Part shown: piece by piece, positions 1 to 15,590 of the stretch | Position numbering within the stretch: position 1 is the stretch's first letter | Layout: each line of letters starts with the position of its first letter | Origin: the human T2T-CHM13v2.0 reference genome, Homo sapiens | Reading direction: 5' to 3' (one strand) | Length of the DNA: 64,000 nt | NCBI RefSeq assembly: GCF_009914755.1 | Contig: NC_060941.1 | Notes under the pieces: generated by a model | Database searches by the model: none | Seen by the model: only the letters and a program-made list of their open reading frames with translations | What the model was told of the DNA's origin: nothing | Translations under genes and position numbers: made by a program

Positions 1-189
1 AGCCATCCCTACGCGTCTCCAGCCCCCGTCGTCTTTGTCCATTCGGTTCCGAGGCCGCGCTTGGACTGGGGCGCCCACGACTGACCCCGGAGGCACAGCG
101 AACGGGGCAGCTGCAGGGACTCCCTGTCCTGCAGGCGACTGGGCTCCCGCGAGGCAGCAGGTGCCGAGGACTAGCAGCAGATCTGGTGT

Positions 190-350
190 GCAGAACCCTG
201 GATTCGAGTCCCGGCTTCAGAGACCCTCGGCTGTGTGACGTGGAGGCGTCGGCCGCCCTCTGAGAGCCTTCGTGGATGACAGCTGATGCTTGGGCCTACC
301 TTCCTCGGCTGCTGAGAGGCTCAGAAGGGACCGCGTGTAAAACGCCTTGG
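190..350 (+). mobile_element. GC-rich MIR-like SINE relic
   Basis: ctggattcgagtcccggctt...gctgtgtgac...ctacct...tgagagg...gtgtaaaacgc follows the MIR motif order; boundaries approximate. Confidence 0.45.
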
Positions 351-913
351 AATCTTAAATCTACTTAATTCCATTTACCTGCTTCCCAGAAACGGTCCAT
401 GGCTTCCGTCCCGGTCATAGCGCTGCGCAGCGGGACCGTTCTGCCCCGCTGCCCTCGAACAGCCCGTCCGCGCTCCATTGCCCCTCCAGGTGCCGTTATT
501 TTGCCTTTTAACCTGGGGCGGGAGGTTTTAGACGAGGCTGCAAGTCTGGGCCAGCGGGGACCTGAGGGTCCCTTGCAACCAGCACCCGCGACGGTGTCTA
601 CACTGGAATTCCAAGGGAAAGAGGGCTCCAGGGGCGCGACCAAGGTTTGGTCTTCTGCTGAGCGCTGCTGGATGAATCGCCAGCCTTCGCCCGCGGCCCC
701 CTCCTCCTCATCCCTGACCCCAACTCGACAAGATCCCCCGAGCGCAGGCCCAAACTCCGCACAGCTTGTGGGCCGTGAGGTCCGGGTCTCGAAGCTCGGT
801 CCCGCTGGGGCTGTCCCTCCGCCTCTACTTCCAGGGTAAAGACCGCGGAACCAGGCGGGGGTCTGGGGAGCCTGGCTGCGACCTCGGCTGCAGGCTTCCG
901 CAGCTGCTTCCAG

Positions 914-939
914 GGTGCTGTCCACCCCGTGGTGCTGAA
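914..939 (-). promoter_or_regulatory. Bipartite (non-canonical) RE1/NRSE REST site
   Basis: Minus strand reads TTCAGCACC-ACGGGGT-GGACAGCACC: both RE1 half-sites with a 7-nt spacer instead of 2. Confidence 0.6.
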
Positions 940-1231
940 GTGCCCCACGCCCCTCCGCCACCTACCGGAAGCCGCGTCCGCGCTACAGCCTCCACTCAGG
1001 ATTCGACCCGAACTCCAAGACGCGTCCGCACTGGTCCAACAACCCTCATGGATCGTCGCCTGCCTCAACTGTTTAGACCACCGCGGGTTTCACCCGGAAG
1101 CACCGGGGAGGTCGGAGCTTGCCTGAGAGGCTCAGCGAAGGTCCATGCCTTGTTCAGTCCCAGGCAGTGCGGGACAGGTGGGCGAAGCTCGAACCCCATG
1201 CTCTGTCCCGGCACTGGCAGGAATTCACTTA

Positions 1232-1318
1232 TTATGGAGATAGTCCTCGCTCACTCCAGACCTGTCCTGTAATTGTCTGGGCCCCGGGAAGGTTTCCCTC
1301 GGTTTTTAGAATCTCAAC
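1232..1318 (+). repeat. Direct repeat, copy A (paired with 2685-2783)
   Basis: ttatggagatagtcctcgctcactccagacctgtcctgt...ttttagaatctcaac. Confidence 0.9.
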
Positions 1319-1483
1319 CGCGGTGTGGCCATCCAAGCTGTGCCAACGCTACTACCTGCGAAGCAGGAGAGAAAAACCCCTGGAATTCCTCCCGCACATC
1401 TTTCACAAAGTGAATATGCCCTTCTTTGACACTGGGTACAGCCACTTCGGGACCAGATTTTTGCTCCTGAGCATATAAAATCA

Positions 1484-1805
<322 letters not shown>

Positions 1806-2684
1806 GTCTTTCCTTTTTGGAAAGCTTGGATGACCACAAGGGGGTTGAGATTCTAAAAGCCGAGGGAAAGCTTCCCAGGGCCCAGCCTCCCCATACAATT
1901 CATAGGACAGGTCTAGAGTGAATGAGGGCTACTATATCCATAAAAAGAAAGAGAAAGGAAAGACAAGACAATATTGCCCAGTGAGTCAAGCATGATCGTA
2001 GCACAAAGAAGCAGGGCACTCTTCCCCAGAGCAGGCCAGTTCAGAGAGGCAGTCCAGGGCTATGCCCCAGTATGGCTCCCGCCGTGCTCCTGCGCGGTGT
2101 CCCAGGGCCTCCTGGCACCTTCTTATCATCAGCCTGGGGCGAAATGCCAGACCAGATGGTAGAGGCAGAAGTCAAGCAGGCAGGTGCCGTCCAGGGCATT
2201 CCAGGCCAGCTGAGTGTGCAGCCAGCGCCCAATTCAGACGGCGCCCCAGGCCAAGGCTGGCCCGCTTAGGGACCGCGCTCGGGCTGGACGTCGCGCTCAG
2301 CGCGCAGGGCCCCCATGGACGTCGCGCCGCTGACCTAGCTGTCAGACATCGCCACGAGGAGTAGGCAGGCTCGGGAGGCCGAAACGCTGTGCTCACCTCG
2401 AGCACTGCCAGGCTGCTGGAGAGGCTTTCCGGGGCACAGAAGCTGCAGCGGCGCGGGGCGGTGGGCTGTGAGCGAGCATATGTAGGGGAGCGTTTCCCGC
2501 GAGAAAGCAGAACCTGCGCCAGCCGAGGGCCCTAGGGCTGCTGGTAGGAGGACTGTTCTCTATCGTCCAGCTGCTCCCGACCTCTTCTCTGAACTGGCCC
2601 TGCTCTGGGGAACAGCGCCCTGCTTCTTTGTGCGACGATCACGCTTGACTCATTGGGCAACATTGTCTTGTCTTTTCCTTCCTT

Positions 2685-2783
2685 TTATGGACATAGTCCT
2701 CGCTCACTCCAGACTTGTCCTGTGAATTGTATGGGGAGGTTGGGCCCTGGGGAGCTTTCCCTCACGGCTTTTAGAATCTCAAC
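2685..2783 (+). repeat. Direct repeat, copy B (paired with 1232-1318)
   Basis: ttatggacatagtcctcgctcactccagacttgtcctgt...ttttagaatctcaac. Confidence 0.9.
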
Positions 2784-2884
2784 ACCCTTGCCGCCCGCCC
2801 TGGCTGGGTGGAGATACAACCAGAAGACAGACACCGCTCCCCTAAACCCCAGCCTCCAGTATAAGCTACAAAATAAAAATGTGG

Positions 2885-3382
<498 letters not shown>

Positions 3383-4013
3383 AAATGTGAAGCTCTTCTA
3401 AGTGCAGCTGCTCTGCAACTATGCAAGCCCCTGCCCCATGAAGCCAGGCCTGCCCCTAATCCTTTACCACACAAGGCTCATTAAACTTCGGAAATCTCGG
3501 AGTTACTTGCTAGGAAAAAGCCATTCCCCACTTCCCCATTTGCATAATAAACGGAGGGGCAGGGAAGACCCATCTAACCACCCCACGTGTACCCATGTGT
3601 CACCCTTATCAGATGCAGGAGGTGAGCTGAGCTGCCAAATGCTTGGCTTCTTTCTGGGGCTGTAATACAGCCATCCCTCCCCAGGGCCACACCTGGAGAA
3701 GGGAGTGGCTAGGACAGGGTCTTCAGGGAAACTGCTGCCTTATTCTCAACTGCTTGTCTCAGTCCCCATCCCCCCAACCCCCAACTCAATATCTAAGAGA
3801 GAGAGAGAGTAGTTCCAATAGGGAAGTCTCCTGAAGGAGGCTAAAGTTCTGGGTACTGGGTTTGGGGTGGACCTAAAGAGTTTTTTTTCAATTCTCTGAA
3901 TGCTATTTCATTGCTGTTAAATGATACTCTTCCCCTAAATGGAAAGGAGACAGGAAGGACAGACTGGTCTACAGTTACACAGAAAGAACTTCCAAAGTAT
4001 TAGACGAGCAGGG

Positions 4014-4028
4014 ACAGCAGAGGGCGCC
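4014..4028 (+). promoter_or_regulatory. Candidate CTCF motif
   Basis: ACAGCAGAGGGCGCC is close to the core CCASYAGRKGGCRS. Confidence 0.5.
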
Positions 4029-4749
4029 AATGTGGTGCAAGGGCACTCAGGGAGGAGTCGCCCACAAGCACATTTTTTTCTCACACGCTGCAAATCTATT
4101 CAGAACCACCTCACCCCCAACCTCACACATATTTCCCATCTCACAGGCACATCAGAGGTCAGAGTGAGGACTCCAGGCTCTGATTCTCCCACTGGCCGCC
4201 AAGGGACCTTCACCAGCCCCCACCGCACTCCTCAACTATTTTCATGAACTTAGTTAGGGCAGCTCCCCTCAGTAGGGAGCTGGGTAGAGGAGCTGAGACT
4301 CCCAGGTTCCCTGCCCATCCAGCGGCCCTGTCCATCTAGCGGGAAGGCGTTTGCTGCAATGTTCTTTATAATGGGGAGTGAGCTGATGATACAACCTGGG
4401 TGTACTGTGGAGCCACAAAATGAAAGTTGCAAAGGCTGCCCAGTAACACGGACTCAGGTTTACACTGAAATGTGGACATTAAAAAGCAGGACCCTCCATT
4501 GTTCACTATGTCAATAGCGCGCTTGCATATAGATAAAGGCTGCAGGGGACACAGAAAAATTAAACACGGATTGAGGTGAGGTGTTTTTTCTTAAAAATAC
4601 ATCAAATTTGTAAAATGATTGCCTCTGGGAAATAAGGTTATGAATAATGTTTCTTTTTCTCCTTTCCAAATGTTCTACAATGAGCAAGTGTTATTTGGGT
4701 AATCAGGAAAAAGAAGTTCACACACACACACACACCCCTGAAAGAGCTT

Positions 4750-6012
<1,263 letters not shown>

Positions 6013-7429
6013 TAATGTTGTCACAATGTTAATTAAGGAAGGACCATTCCTTTCCCCACCAAAGTTGCTCGTGTGGCTCTTCTTCTCCCCAACCCAATTC
6101 CCCCTCATCACCCTCTTTAGGGGATCCCTCCACCACAAAACCAGAATGTAAATGAACACACTTGCAAAATCTGACCTCGCTCTGATCCCAGTGTCCTGCT
6201 GGTGTGAGCCTGGGCTGTTGTGGCCAAGATGCTGAGAGGGGAGGGGACGACCACGGGGGAGTATTCCTGAGTTTTCTGCAGGAGAGGAACAGAACATATG
6301 TCACCTCTATCACTGGGTTTTTCCACACGTATTACTGCTATTGTTATTTCAAAATGTTCGGGGCCAGAAGTTTCTGCCAACTCCTGTACCAAAAAGGCTC
6401 CTGTCCTTCCCTAGTGACAGTCTCCAGCTCTCTCTGCCGGCCCCCTCCCTCCCCTCCCTCCCCTCCCCCAGATTCTCTGCACAGTCCAGAGAAATAGGGC
6501 AGGCATAGAGGGTGGGAAGAGGGCACGCAGCCTCCACAGGTGCTGGCAGGAAAGGAGTTTTTTCGTCTTTGCTGGAATACAGCAGAGATCCAGGCTGGGG
6601 AGAGGTGGAGCCCAGGCTATTGACTAACCCTTCTTTTGTGTGGATTTAATCTCACTCTCTGGGAACACAAAAGCTGGAATCTCTGCAAACCTTTCCCTGA
6701 ATAATCTGCGAGTCAGCGGAGAATCTGCGGGTGAGGAAAGCCAGGGCAGATGGAGGCTGGGACTCCCAGCGGGAGGGAAGTATGTGGTGTTGGGAGGAGG
6801 TGAGATGGCACAGAAAGAGCACTGGGAAGTGGAGCAGGAGACCAAAGTTCTAATCCCACCTGTACTCCTCTCTCCTTGCTGTGAATTTGGGCAAACCACT
6901 GCCCTCTCTGAGCCGCAGCTTCCTCTTCTGTAACTCATAGAAGTAACAGAGGATCCCTACCTGCTTCTGGGGTCGAGTGACCCTCTCTGAGAATGTTCCC
7001 CAGTCTATAAAATTAAGATCTTGATATCTATCCCCCACCAAAGGAAAGATCAGTCCAACCTTCCAATCCTAACAGACAAGCCCTGTCTGGTCCCAAACCC
7101 CTCTCCAGCCTCACCTCCATGCCTTTTCTCATTCTGTTTCCTTCACCTGCATCTCCCTTCCCTTTTTAAGTTAAAGTCTACTTTTCTTTGAAGACTCAGT
7201 GCGGGTCTGATCTCTTGAGGGAGGCTTCCCCAGTCTCTTTCCTACAGGCTGGGTTAGGGGCTGCTCCTCTGGGCTCCTGTGCTGTTCTGGGCATAAGGCC
7301 ACTGTGGCCTTAACAACTAAGAATTACAGCTGAGGTTTACTGAGCACTCAGTAAGTGTCCAGACAGGCCCTTCACCCAGCATTACCTTGTGGAATTTTAA
7401 CCACGCTCTTGTGAAGGTATTGCTGGTTT

Positions 7430-7810
<381 letters not shown>

Positions 7811-8364
7811 TGATTTTCCTGATCAGGACACTGAGCCTGACGGGGGTGAAAGCTGAGTGTCGGGTCTGGGATGTAGACCCCGGGCAGTGTGGCTCCTACT
7901 CCTATTCTGACCCTCTGCCTGATATTCTCTCTGCCCTCCTGCGACGCTGAGCATAAGGTATGATAGGTTTCTGTTTAGGGCAATGTATTTGACCTTCCCC
8001 TGAGCTGTGAACCCAGGGGTGCAGGGTCTCAGCTCCCTTTGTGCCTCCACTCCATGGCTCTCACAGTTCCAGCGGGAGCTGCATCTGAACCTCATGTTCC
8101 CAGGTTTACAGTCAGGGCTCTCCTCCTTGCCCTTGGGAGCCCAGGAAGAGCCTGGATGTGCCAGGGCCCCTCCCCAGTGCTAACTCAATGTTCCATCCCA
8201 CCCAATGCTGCCTCCACACCTGCCTAGGGTCAGATTTAATCCAGCTAAGGGGACTCTGCTTAGAGGTCATGGCCACATGTGCCAATGTGCCAAGCCGTGG
8301 GCCCAGCCTCCTCAGACTTTAGCTCACTGAGGCCTCAGGGCAATCTTTGAGAGAGATTGGGGGA

Positions 8365-8790
8365 TGATTTCCATTTCATAGATGAGGAAAACTGAGGCTC
8401 AGCTGCCATCACAGAGCAAGTGGATGGAGCCAGAAGTGACTCCAGGGTTATGTGTCTCAAAGCCCCTTAGCTTTCCCATGGCCTCCCTTCTGTTCCTGAC
8501 AGGGCCATGCGTGCAAACATCCCCAGAGGACAAGAGTGTGATTAATCTTTGCATCCGCCATGGGCCAGTGGCTACACCCAGGCACTGAGAGGCCGGTTGT
8601 GAGAGTCTGGGCTGGGCAGGCCCTGGTTCACAGCAGACTCCAAATAACTGTTTATTGGTGGAGGTCAGCCGGGCAGGGATTACCATCTCCAGTTTATAGA
8701 TGAGGAAGTTGCAATCAGCCGGGTGCAGGAAAGTTGCCCAAGGTCATCCGTGAGTCAGAAGAAGAGCAAAGACTTGAACTCAGAACACTG
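8365..8790 (-). mobile_element. Two MIR fragments
   Basis: atagatgaggaaaactgaggctcag and atagatgaggaagttgca...ttgcccaaggtca core motifs. Confidence 0.7.
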
Positions 8791-10903
8791 GGGGCCTCTG
8801 CAGAGTAAGAGGAAGGAGGCTGGGGCTGCTGGGCTGGGCTCTCCCACTCAGGTGGCCTGGGCTGGCAGCTTTATGGGCCCTGTAAGTCGCTGGGACATGT
8901 CAGCACTCATTCCAGCTCTAACGACCCTAAATCAGGCCTTGTCCCCTACAGGTAAGCAGGGCCCCAGGTAGTCTAAATAGTGACAGGTGACTGGTTTATG
9001 GCAGGCCAGGACTGGGGTCAGGGCTGGAGATAAGGCTGAGAATGTTAAGACCAGGAACAGGAAGAGAGGGCCACTCACCCTGTGTAACCTTGAAGTTAGA
9101 GATGGCAGATGGAGCAGGAACCAGTCCACCACCCCATCGCCAATGTGCAGGCTCTGTGGTGCCCATAATTAAGATGCACCCATAAGAGAGTGTATAGCTT
9201 TACCCCTCCCGCATTCCTCAGAGGGGATGCCCTACCAGGGACTCGTTCTCCTCACCCATCTTTATGGTCCCAAAATGCACCCAGGGCCCCCCTCTCTCCT
9301 GGGGGGCCTGAATGCAATGAACTTTAAAGTGGATCATTGATCAACAGTCCCTTAACCCCACCAAAGTTTCTCAAGCCTCTCGCCTGCTCATCAGGGGGCT
9401 GGCCAGAGGTCACAGGGACTCCCTGGGGGTGGTTTTTATTCCCAGGAACAGGCTTCCTCAGTCCTGAAAGGGACATTTTTATAGCCCTGTGAACACAAAT
9501 GCACTCCCCAGAATAGGCTCTGGGTGTGGAATCCCTCCTGTGGCTGTCATGGTCGCAGGCTGGTGATTACATTATACAGTGGTGTTGACAATAGAGCCCT
9601 AAGCCTGGCATGGACACCCCCTCACCTCCCTCCTGCCTCTCTGTAGGATCAAAGCTGCTCTGTGAGGCTGTGTGATCCTGGGCCAGGAGCGGGGAGTCAG
9701 CCTCAACCCTAAGCAAGGAGGAAGCATCTTTGCCTGAATCCTTCTGGGGGAGGCAATCCCCCTTCAGAAGTCCCTAGCCCAGGTTCGAAGGTCGGTAGGG
9801 ACTGAGAGGTTGGCAGCGGATGGGGAGTGGCTAAACCAGAAAAAGGGGGCTTCCTGTTGATGGGTTGATGGAGGAGGTCCAGGTCCACTGCCTGGTTCCC
9901 CGTCCCTCTCCCGCACCCCAGCCTGAGCTTCCCAAACTCCCACAGAAGCCCCCACCCCATGTGGGACACAGAGGACCTGCAGTAGCAGGAGGGCACAGCT
10001 AAGAGAGGAGACAAGAGGCAGCTTGGGGGCATGGGGGGGACCCCATTTCCCCAAATGTTGGAGCCGCCCTTAAGGGAACTTCCCCTGGACTCCTCTGGAG
10101 GTCTTGCCAGATGGGAGAACCAGGGGTCCATTCAGACCCCAGTCTCTTCTCTTCCCATCTCATCTCTCCACCTGGGGGGCTCAAAGAACCTAGCTCCTCC
10201 CCTTTGACCCCATCAGCTTCTCCCTCACCGAATCCTCTTACAATCCATTTCTTAATTCTGCCCCATCAACCCTCCCTGGTCATCACATAAACACCAGCAA
10301 GGGCAGTAGTTTAGGGACAGCTTTGCTCTGTATTCGAAGAAAGGTCTTTGGTCTGCTTAGAAATTAAGTTTGGAGCAGCCTGGGAGGAAATAGAAGAGAT
10401 GAGACCCAGAGAATCAATGGCCACTGCCAAAGAGAGATAGGAGAGCCTTTCTGCGGCCACTGATTCAACAAACGGCATCACACGCCCCTCAGCCTCTCAT
10501 CTCTTCGAGGCCATCTCCACCCCCACCCCCACCCCAAGGCCATTCCAAGGTCCCATTCAAGACCACTGCGCAGGGGTGGCGCCAGAATGATCAAAGTCAT
10601 CATGGGGCACTCATCTTTGTGTGGGTCAAGCACTTTGTGGTGTCGTGTCCCTGTTCCCAAACCAGGGACCAGGAGTAGGATGGGGGAGGGGCAGGGCGCC
10701 GCTTCTGAGTGGAGAGGACGCGGAGTGGGTGAGGGGGCCTTGCGCACAGGGCAAGAGGTGGCCAGGCAGGGCGGGGGACCGGGGAGAGCGGAGGATTTCA
10801 GATGAGGGACAGGGGAAGGTGGAGAGGGGAGGGCAGGCCCCGCCAGGGGGAGGAGCCGCCTCCCGCGTCCAGCTGTCGGGGCTCCCTCCCGTCGCGGCTC
10901 CGC

Positions 10904-10910
10904 TATAAAA
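10904..10910 (+). promoter_or_regulatory. CA4: TATA box of CA4
   Basis: TATAAAA 91 nt upstream of the ATG, implying a TSS near 10933. Confidence 0.88.
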
Positions 10911-10994
10911 CCCAGGCCGGCAGGATCGCTGCACCCGCGGCGGCCTCCTCGGTGCGCGACCCCCGGCTCAGAGGACTCTTTGCTGTCCCGCAAG

Positions 10995-11052
10995 ATGCGG
11001 ATGCTGCTGGCGCTCCTGGCCCTCTCCGCGGCGCGGCCATCGGCCAGTGCAG
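10995..11052 (+). CDS. CA4: Carbonic anhydrase 4, coding exon 1 (signal peptide MRMLLALLALSAARPSASA)
   Basis: aagATG start, 58 nt, donor AG|gtgagc. Confidence 0.98.
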
Positions 11053-11350
11053 GTGAGCTCCCGGGCTCCGGCCCCAGGTGCCCCTCGGCGGTCCCCTCCG
11101 TGCCCCCAGCTCCCGCCCCTGCATAGGATCCCCCCGCGGGCGACCGGTGAGCGTCGGTGGCGCTGGGGTCCCGGGTTGCGTGTGCGCCGGGGGCCGCGAG
11201 GGTGCGGGAGGACTGGGCAGCGCGCGAGCTTGTGTGTGCACACGCGTGTCAGCACCGGCTGGGGGAGCGTGTGCACGGGTGTGCGCGGTGAGGGTGTGTG
11301 CGCGTGGCCCGGCGAGACGAGTTGGGAGTCCCTGATAAGGATGCGTCTCA

Positions 11351-11659
<309 letters not shown>

Positions 11660-13769
11660 TCAACGCACGCCTTCTTTTCTCACCCAGCCTCCTCCGTCTG
11701 CCCGTGGGTTTCCGTCCGTCCCGCTGGGACTCAGCGCTGGGTGACTGCCCCGCGGCCAGAGCAAGGGCGGTGTGGCAGGGTCCTGGAAGCCGCGCTTCCC
11801 ACACGGGTTCCTTGCCCCTGAGGGTCGCAAGCTCCCCTGGCCTCCCTAACCTCCAGCGCTGAATTGGGAGCCTGGCGGGGGCGGGGGGTGGGGGACCCGG
11901 AGCCCCAAGGCCTCTGCGGAGCCGGTCTTTCCGGACAGGGTGATTTTCGTTTAAAGATTAATGGTGAAGCCGAGCTCTTAATTATTCCTCTAGGTGGGAG
12001 GTGGCAGGAAAGGCATGTTAATATTTGATAAGAAGCTAAAGGCGCTTCAAGCGGCTGGGCACAGGGATCCGATCCTGGAGGCACCTTCTTTGCAACCCCA
12101 GACCCCATCACCGGAAGACCCCCTCTGCCAGTTCTCAGCCCAACCACCCCTCGGATGGTTCTTGGGGTCCACGCAGGCTGAAACCTCCTCTCCCAAGTTA
12201 GGTGCTCCATCCTCAAAGCGGCGGAGTGAGGGGTGAAGGTGTCCTCTGCACAGAGAGGAGCCAGCGTGTGCCCTTTGCAGCAGGGACTGGCTGAGCTGTC
12301 GTAGACGGTCGAGGGGCACCTTGCAGCCTCTCCACCGGGCCCCTGGGAGAAGAAAGAGAAAAAGCAGAATGTGGAAACTTTTATTTGTAGGGTTGGACAT
12401 TGGAAACCTACTAAGCAGCTAGAAAGTAGAAAGAGAAATGCTTTGCAGTTCTGGTGCTTTGTAGCTGTGTGGTCTTGGGTAAGTCACTTCCTGTCCCATT
12501 TGCAAAACAGGTGTTGTCATTCTGACTTCAGGGGTTTTAAGCGTTTGAATAAGATAATGGGTTTAAGTGATTAGTGCGGTGCCTGTGTGGCACGTGGCTG
12601 GTGTGTCATATACCAAGTTTATGGGGCTCTCCCCCAAGCCTGGGGCCAGTGTCAGGAATGTGTCTCAGCTCACCCCTCACACAAGCTGCTATCCCCTTTA
12701 GTGCCAAGGCTTTCTGACTGGGACCTGCCTTCCATTCATCTTATGGAGGACTCAAGCTGAGAAGGGACCAGGTTGCATATGGCGACCCCCAGAGCATCTC
12801 TGTCCATTGAGACAAGAGGCCGGGTGAGGATATTTGGTCCCCTTCAGAGCCCCAGACCCCTGGCCGGGAGCGACTGAGACTTTGCCCAGGAAACACTTGG
12901 GTTGTGCTGAGCTGTTTTTCAGGATTATCCCCTGTCCCTCAGAGGGGGAGGTGGGGTGAGCAAGGTCCATTAGAGAGGCTTCTTCAGCCATCTTGAAATA
13001 AGGGGGAGGGGTGGCAGGTCAGTCAGTGTGGGGGGCAGTAGCTGGGTGACAGGCGACTGACTTTCGGTCTCTAACCTCTGGTCAGGGTGGATGGACTAGG
13101 TAGGATGTGGCGCTGGACACCGAGACCTCTGGGTAGGTAGCCCCTCTCCTTCCCAAGCCCTCTTGGGAGTGGCCTGAGTCAGTGGGCTGGTACTTACCTG
13201 CAAGGGTGGCCCTCTCATTCAACGAAGACAGGAACCTGAGTGGTGGGTGCTCCTGCCACCAGCACCCCACCCTCATCCACCGACATGGACCTGACCCCTG
13301 GCCTTGACCTCACCACCATTATGTTTTCCTGGCTGCTGCTTCCTGAAGAAGGTAGTTACAAGTGCGTTCAGCCAAGCAGGTCAAAAGTCTCCATAATTAA
13401 GACAGTGGATCACAGGTCACCACTACAAACCTAGGAGCTGCGGCCAGAGCCAGGGAAGACCAAATTCCTAAGAAAAGCTAAGCCTGGACCAGATGGGCCC
13501 CAGGGAGGCTGTGAGGCGAGTTACAGGGGGCTCCACCCTTTGCAGCTGGCTCTTGGGGATGCTGGCTGAAGGGAGGCTTCTCCTGGAATGGCTGCCCCCG
13601 GGCCCTCCAGTCAGAGAAGAGGCCAGCCCAATCTTCAAAACCCCTTCCTCCTTCAAGACCTCTGCGGGTGGGGACATGGGATGATTATGGCAAGGAACTG
13701 TCATGGTGCAAATGCCCTCTGATTTATTATCTCCTTAGTCACCAGCACTGGGAATTTGGTGGCTGCACC

Positions 13770-14583
13770 TGTCAGAGGCGTTTGAACCAGAGTGACTCCA
13801 TTTTGGGTGAGAGCTAGGAAAATGAGGCCGAGATTTGCTGGGCTGCATTATCAGAAAGTCAGGCATTTCTAGCCTCTAGATGTTTGCAGTTAAGGGAACA
13901 AATTAATAATATTTACTACACAGACCCAGACTTGGGAAGGTCCAGATACTCCGATATCTGGAGAGCAAAGGCATTCCTAATTTTGCTTTAAAAATAATAA
14001 TGTTGGCTGGGCACGGTGGCTCACACCTGTAATCCCAGCACTTTGGGAGGCCGAGGCGGGTGGATCATTTGAGGTCAGGAGTTCGAGACCAGCCTGGTCA
14101 ACATGGTGAAACCCTGTCTCTACTAAAAATACAAAGATTAGCTGGGCATGGTGGTACATGCCTGTAATCCCAGTTACTCAGGAGGCTGAGGCAGGAGAAT
14201 TGCTTGAAACTGGGAAGTGGAGGTTGCAGTGAGCCAAGAGCCCACCACTGCCCTCCAGCCTGGGCAACAGAGCGAGACTCTATCTCAATAATAATAATAA
14301 TATCAATTCTTGGATAATGTAGTAATTAAGAAAATTAATCCTTTATCACAAACCCTTGTAGCAGAGCACATGTCCCCATATATACAACGCATTGAATGCA
14401 TTCCTTCCTTCTCTGACTTTTGGGAATGTCCTACTCTGTCTATGGAGTAGCTGTCCTTTCACCACTGTACTTTCTTAATAAACGTGCTTTTCCTTTGCAC
14501 TGCAGACTCAACCTGAATTCTCTCTTGTGCAAGATCCAAGAACCCTCTCTTGGGGTCTGGATCGGGACCCCTTTCCTGTAACA
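13770..14583 (+). mobile_element. MER41-family solo ERV1 LTR, interrupted by an Alu
   Basis: Starts TGTCAGAGGCGTTTGAACCAGAG, ends GGGGTCTGGATCGGGACCCCTTTCCTGTAACA, has internal AATAAA; 4-bp flanks cacc/tgcc. Confidence 0.88.
14005..14300 (+). mobile_element. AluS nested in the MER41 LTR
   Basis: Full Alu with (AAT)n tail. Confidence 0.95.
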
Positions 14584-15449
14584 TGCCTTCTGTCAGAGGA
14601 AGATTATGGGACTCAGAATGTCAGATAACTCCCCTGTGGAGACTGAGCAAAGGCAGAGCGGGAGCTGGAGGCTTCGGAGCTCTGCCCCACTGCTGGGGTG
14701 GCGAGTGGCCACTGCCCTCTGCAGAATCCACCCACATGGGGGTGGTTCAGGTGCAGCAACTCCCAGGGACAGCAGAGCCCTGCCCGGGGCTGGGGATGGG
14801 CCATCAGGGGGAGGACACTGCAGCTCTGAAAAAGGCGATGCCAGCAGGGAAGGAGAGGCAGTGATCAGGGCAGGGAAACTCCAAAGCCCAAAGCAGCTCT
14901 TCGTGGCCAGTTAGTTTTCCTGGGGATGCTCCCTCATGGCTCCTTCCCCATCCTGTCCCCACTCCGGGGACTCTACCCTGGCTTAGACTACAAGAAGATG
15001 GGACTGTGGGGGCAGCCCAGGCAAGAAGGGAGAGGGTGGATGAGCTCAGAGACCTCAGCTTTGGCTGAGTGGGAACCGTGCTTTTCTTAGGAATTTCCTC
15101 ATCTTGATTTCTTTCCAAGTCACTTCATTTCTCTCCTCTCTCGGCCCCTCCTTGGCTTTGGCCATCTGCTCCCAAAAGGAGGCCATGGGGTGGGTGGGAG
15201 GGGTGGGGGGGAGGGAAGGAGTTGTCGATGGGATTTTACTAAGTGCCAAGCCGCCTGAAACCTCATTTAATCCTCCCCAAGGCCCTATGAGGTGGGTATG
15301 TTTGTCTCATGTTACAGATGATACAACTGAGGCTCAGAGAGCTTAAGGGACTTGCCCCCAAACCCATCTAAGCCCCCTGAGCGGCTCAGCCAGAATTCCA
15401 AGCTCTGGATGAGATGTTGTGTTCGCCCTGCTGGTGCAGCCTTTTAAAA

Positions 15450-15590
15450 AAATTAATAGACTTTATTTTTAGAGCAATTTTAGGCTCACATAAAAATTCA
15501 GCAGGAAGTACAGAGGGTTCCCATAGGCCCTTCTGCCCTGCATGCACTTTCCCCTCTTATTAACATCTTGCATCCATGTGGGACATTTGA
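15450..15590 (-). mobile_element. L1MC-like 3' fragment
   Basis: atagactttatttttagagcaattttaggctcaca...gaagtacagagggttccca. Confidence 0.6.

Larger units (their letters stand above)
10690..11350 (+). promoter_or_regulatory. CA4: CA4 CpG-island promoter and exon 1 region, with GC boxes
   Basis: High CpG density; Sp1-type GGGCGGGG at 10769-10776 and CCCCGCC at 10838-10844; CpG richness continues past the Alu to about 11930. Confidence 0.9.

Noticed and set aside
11034-11036. CA4 codon 14 (R14W site) and codon 219 (19306-19308)
   Set aside because: Both encode Arg (CGG and CGC); no variant is present
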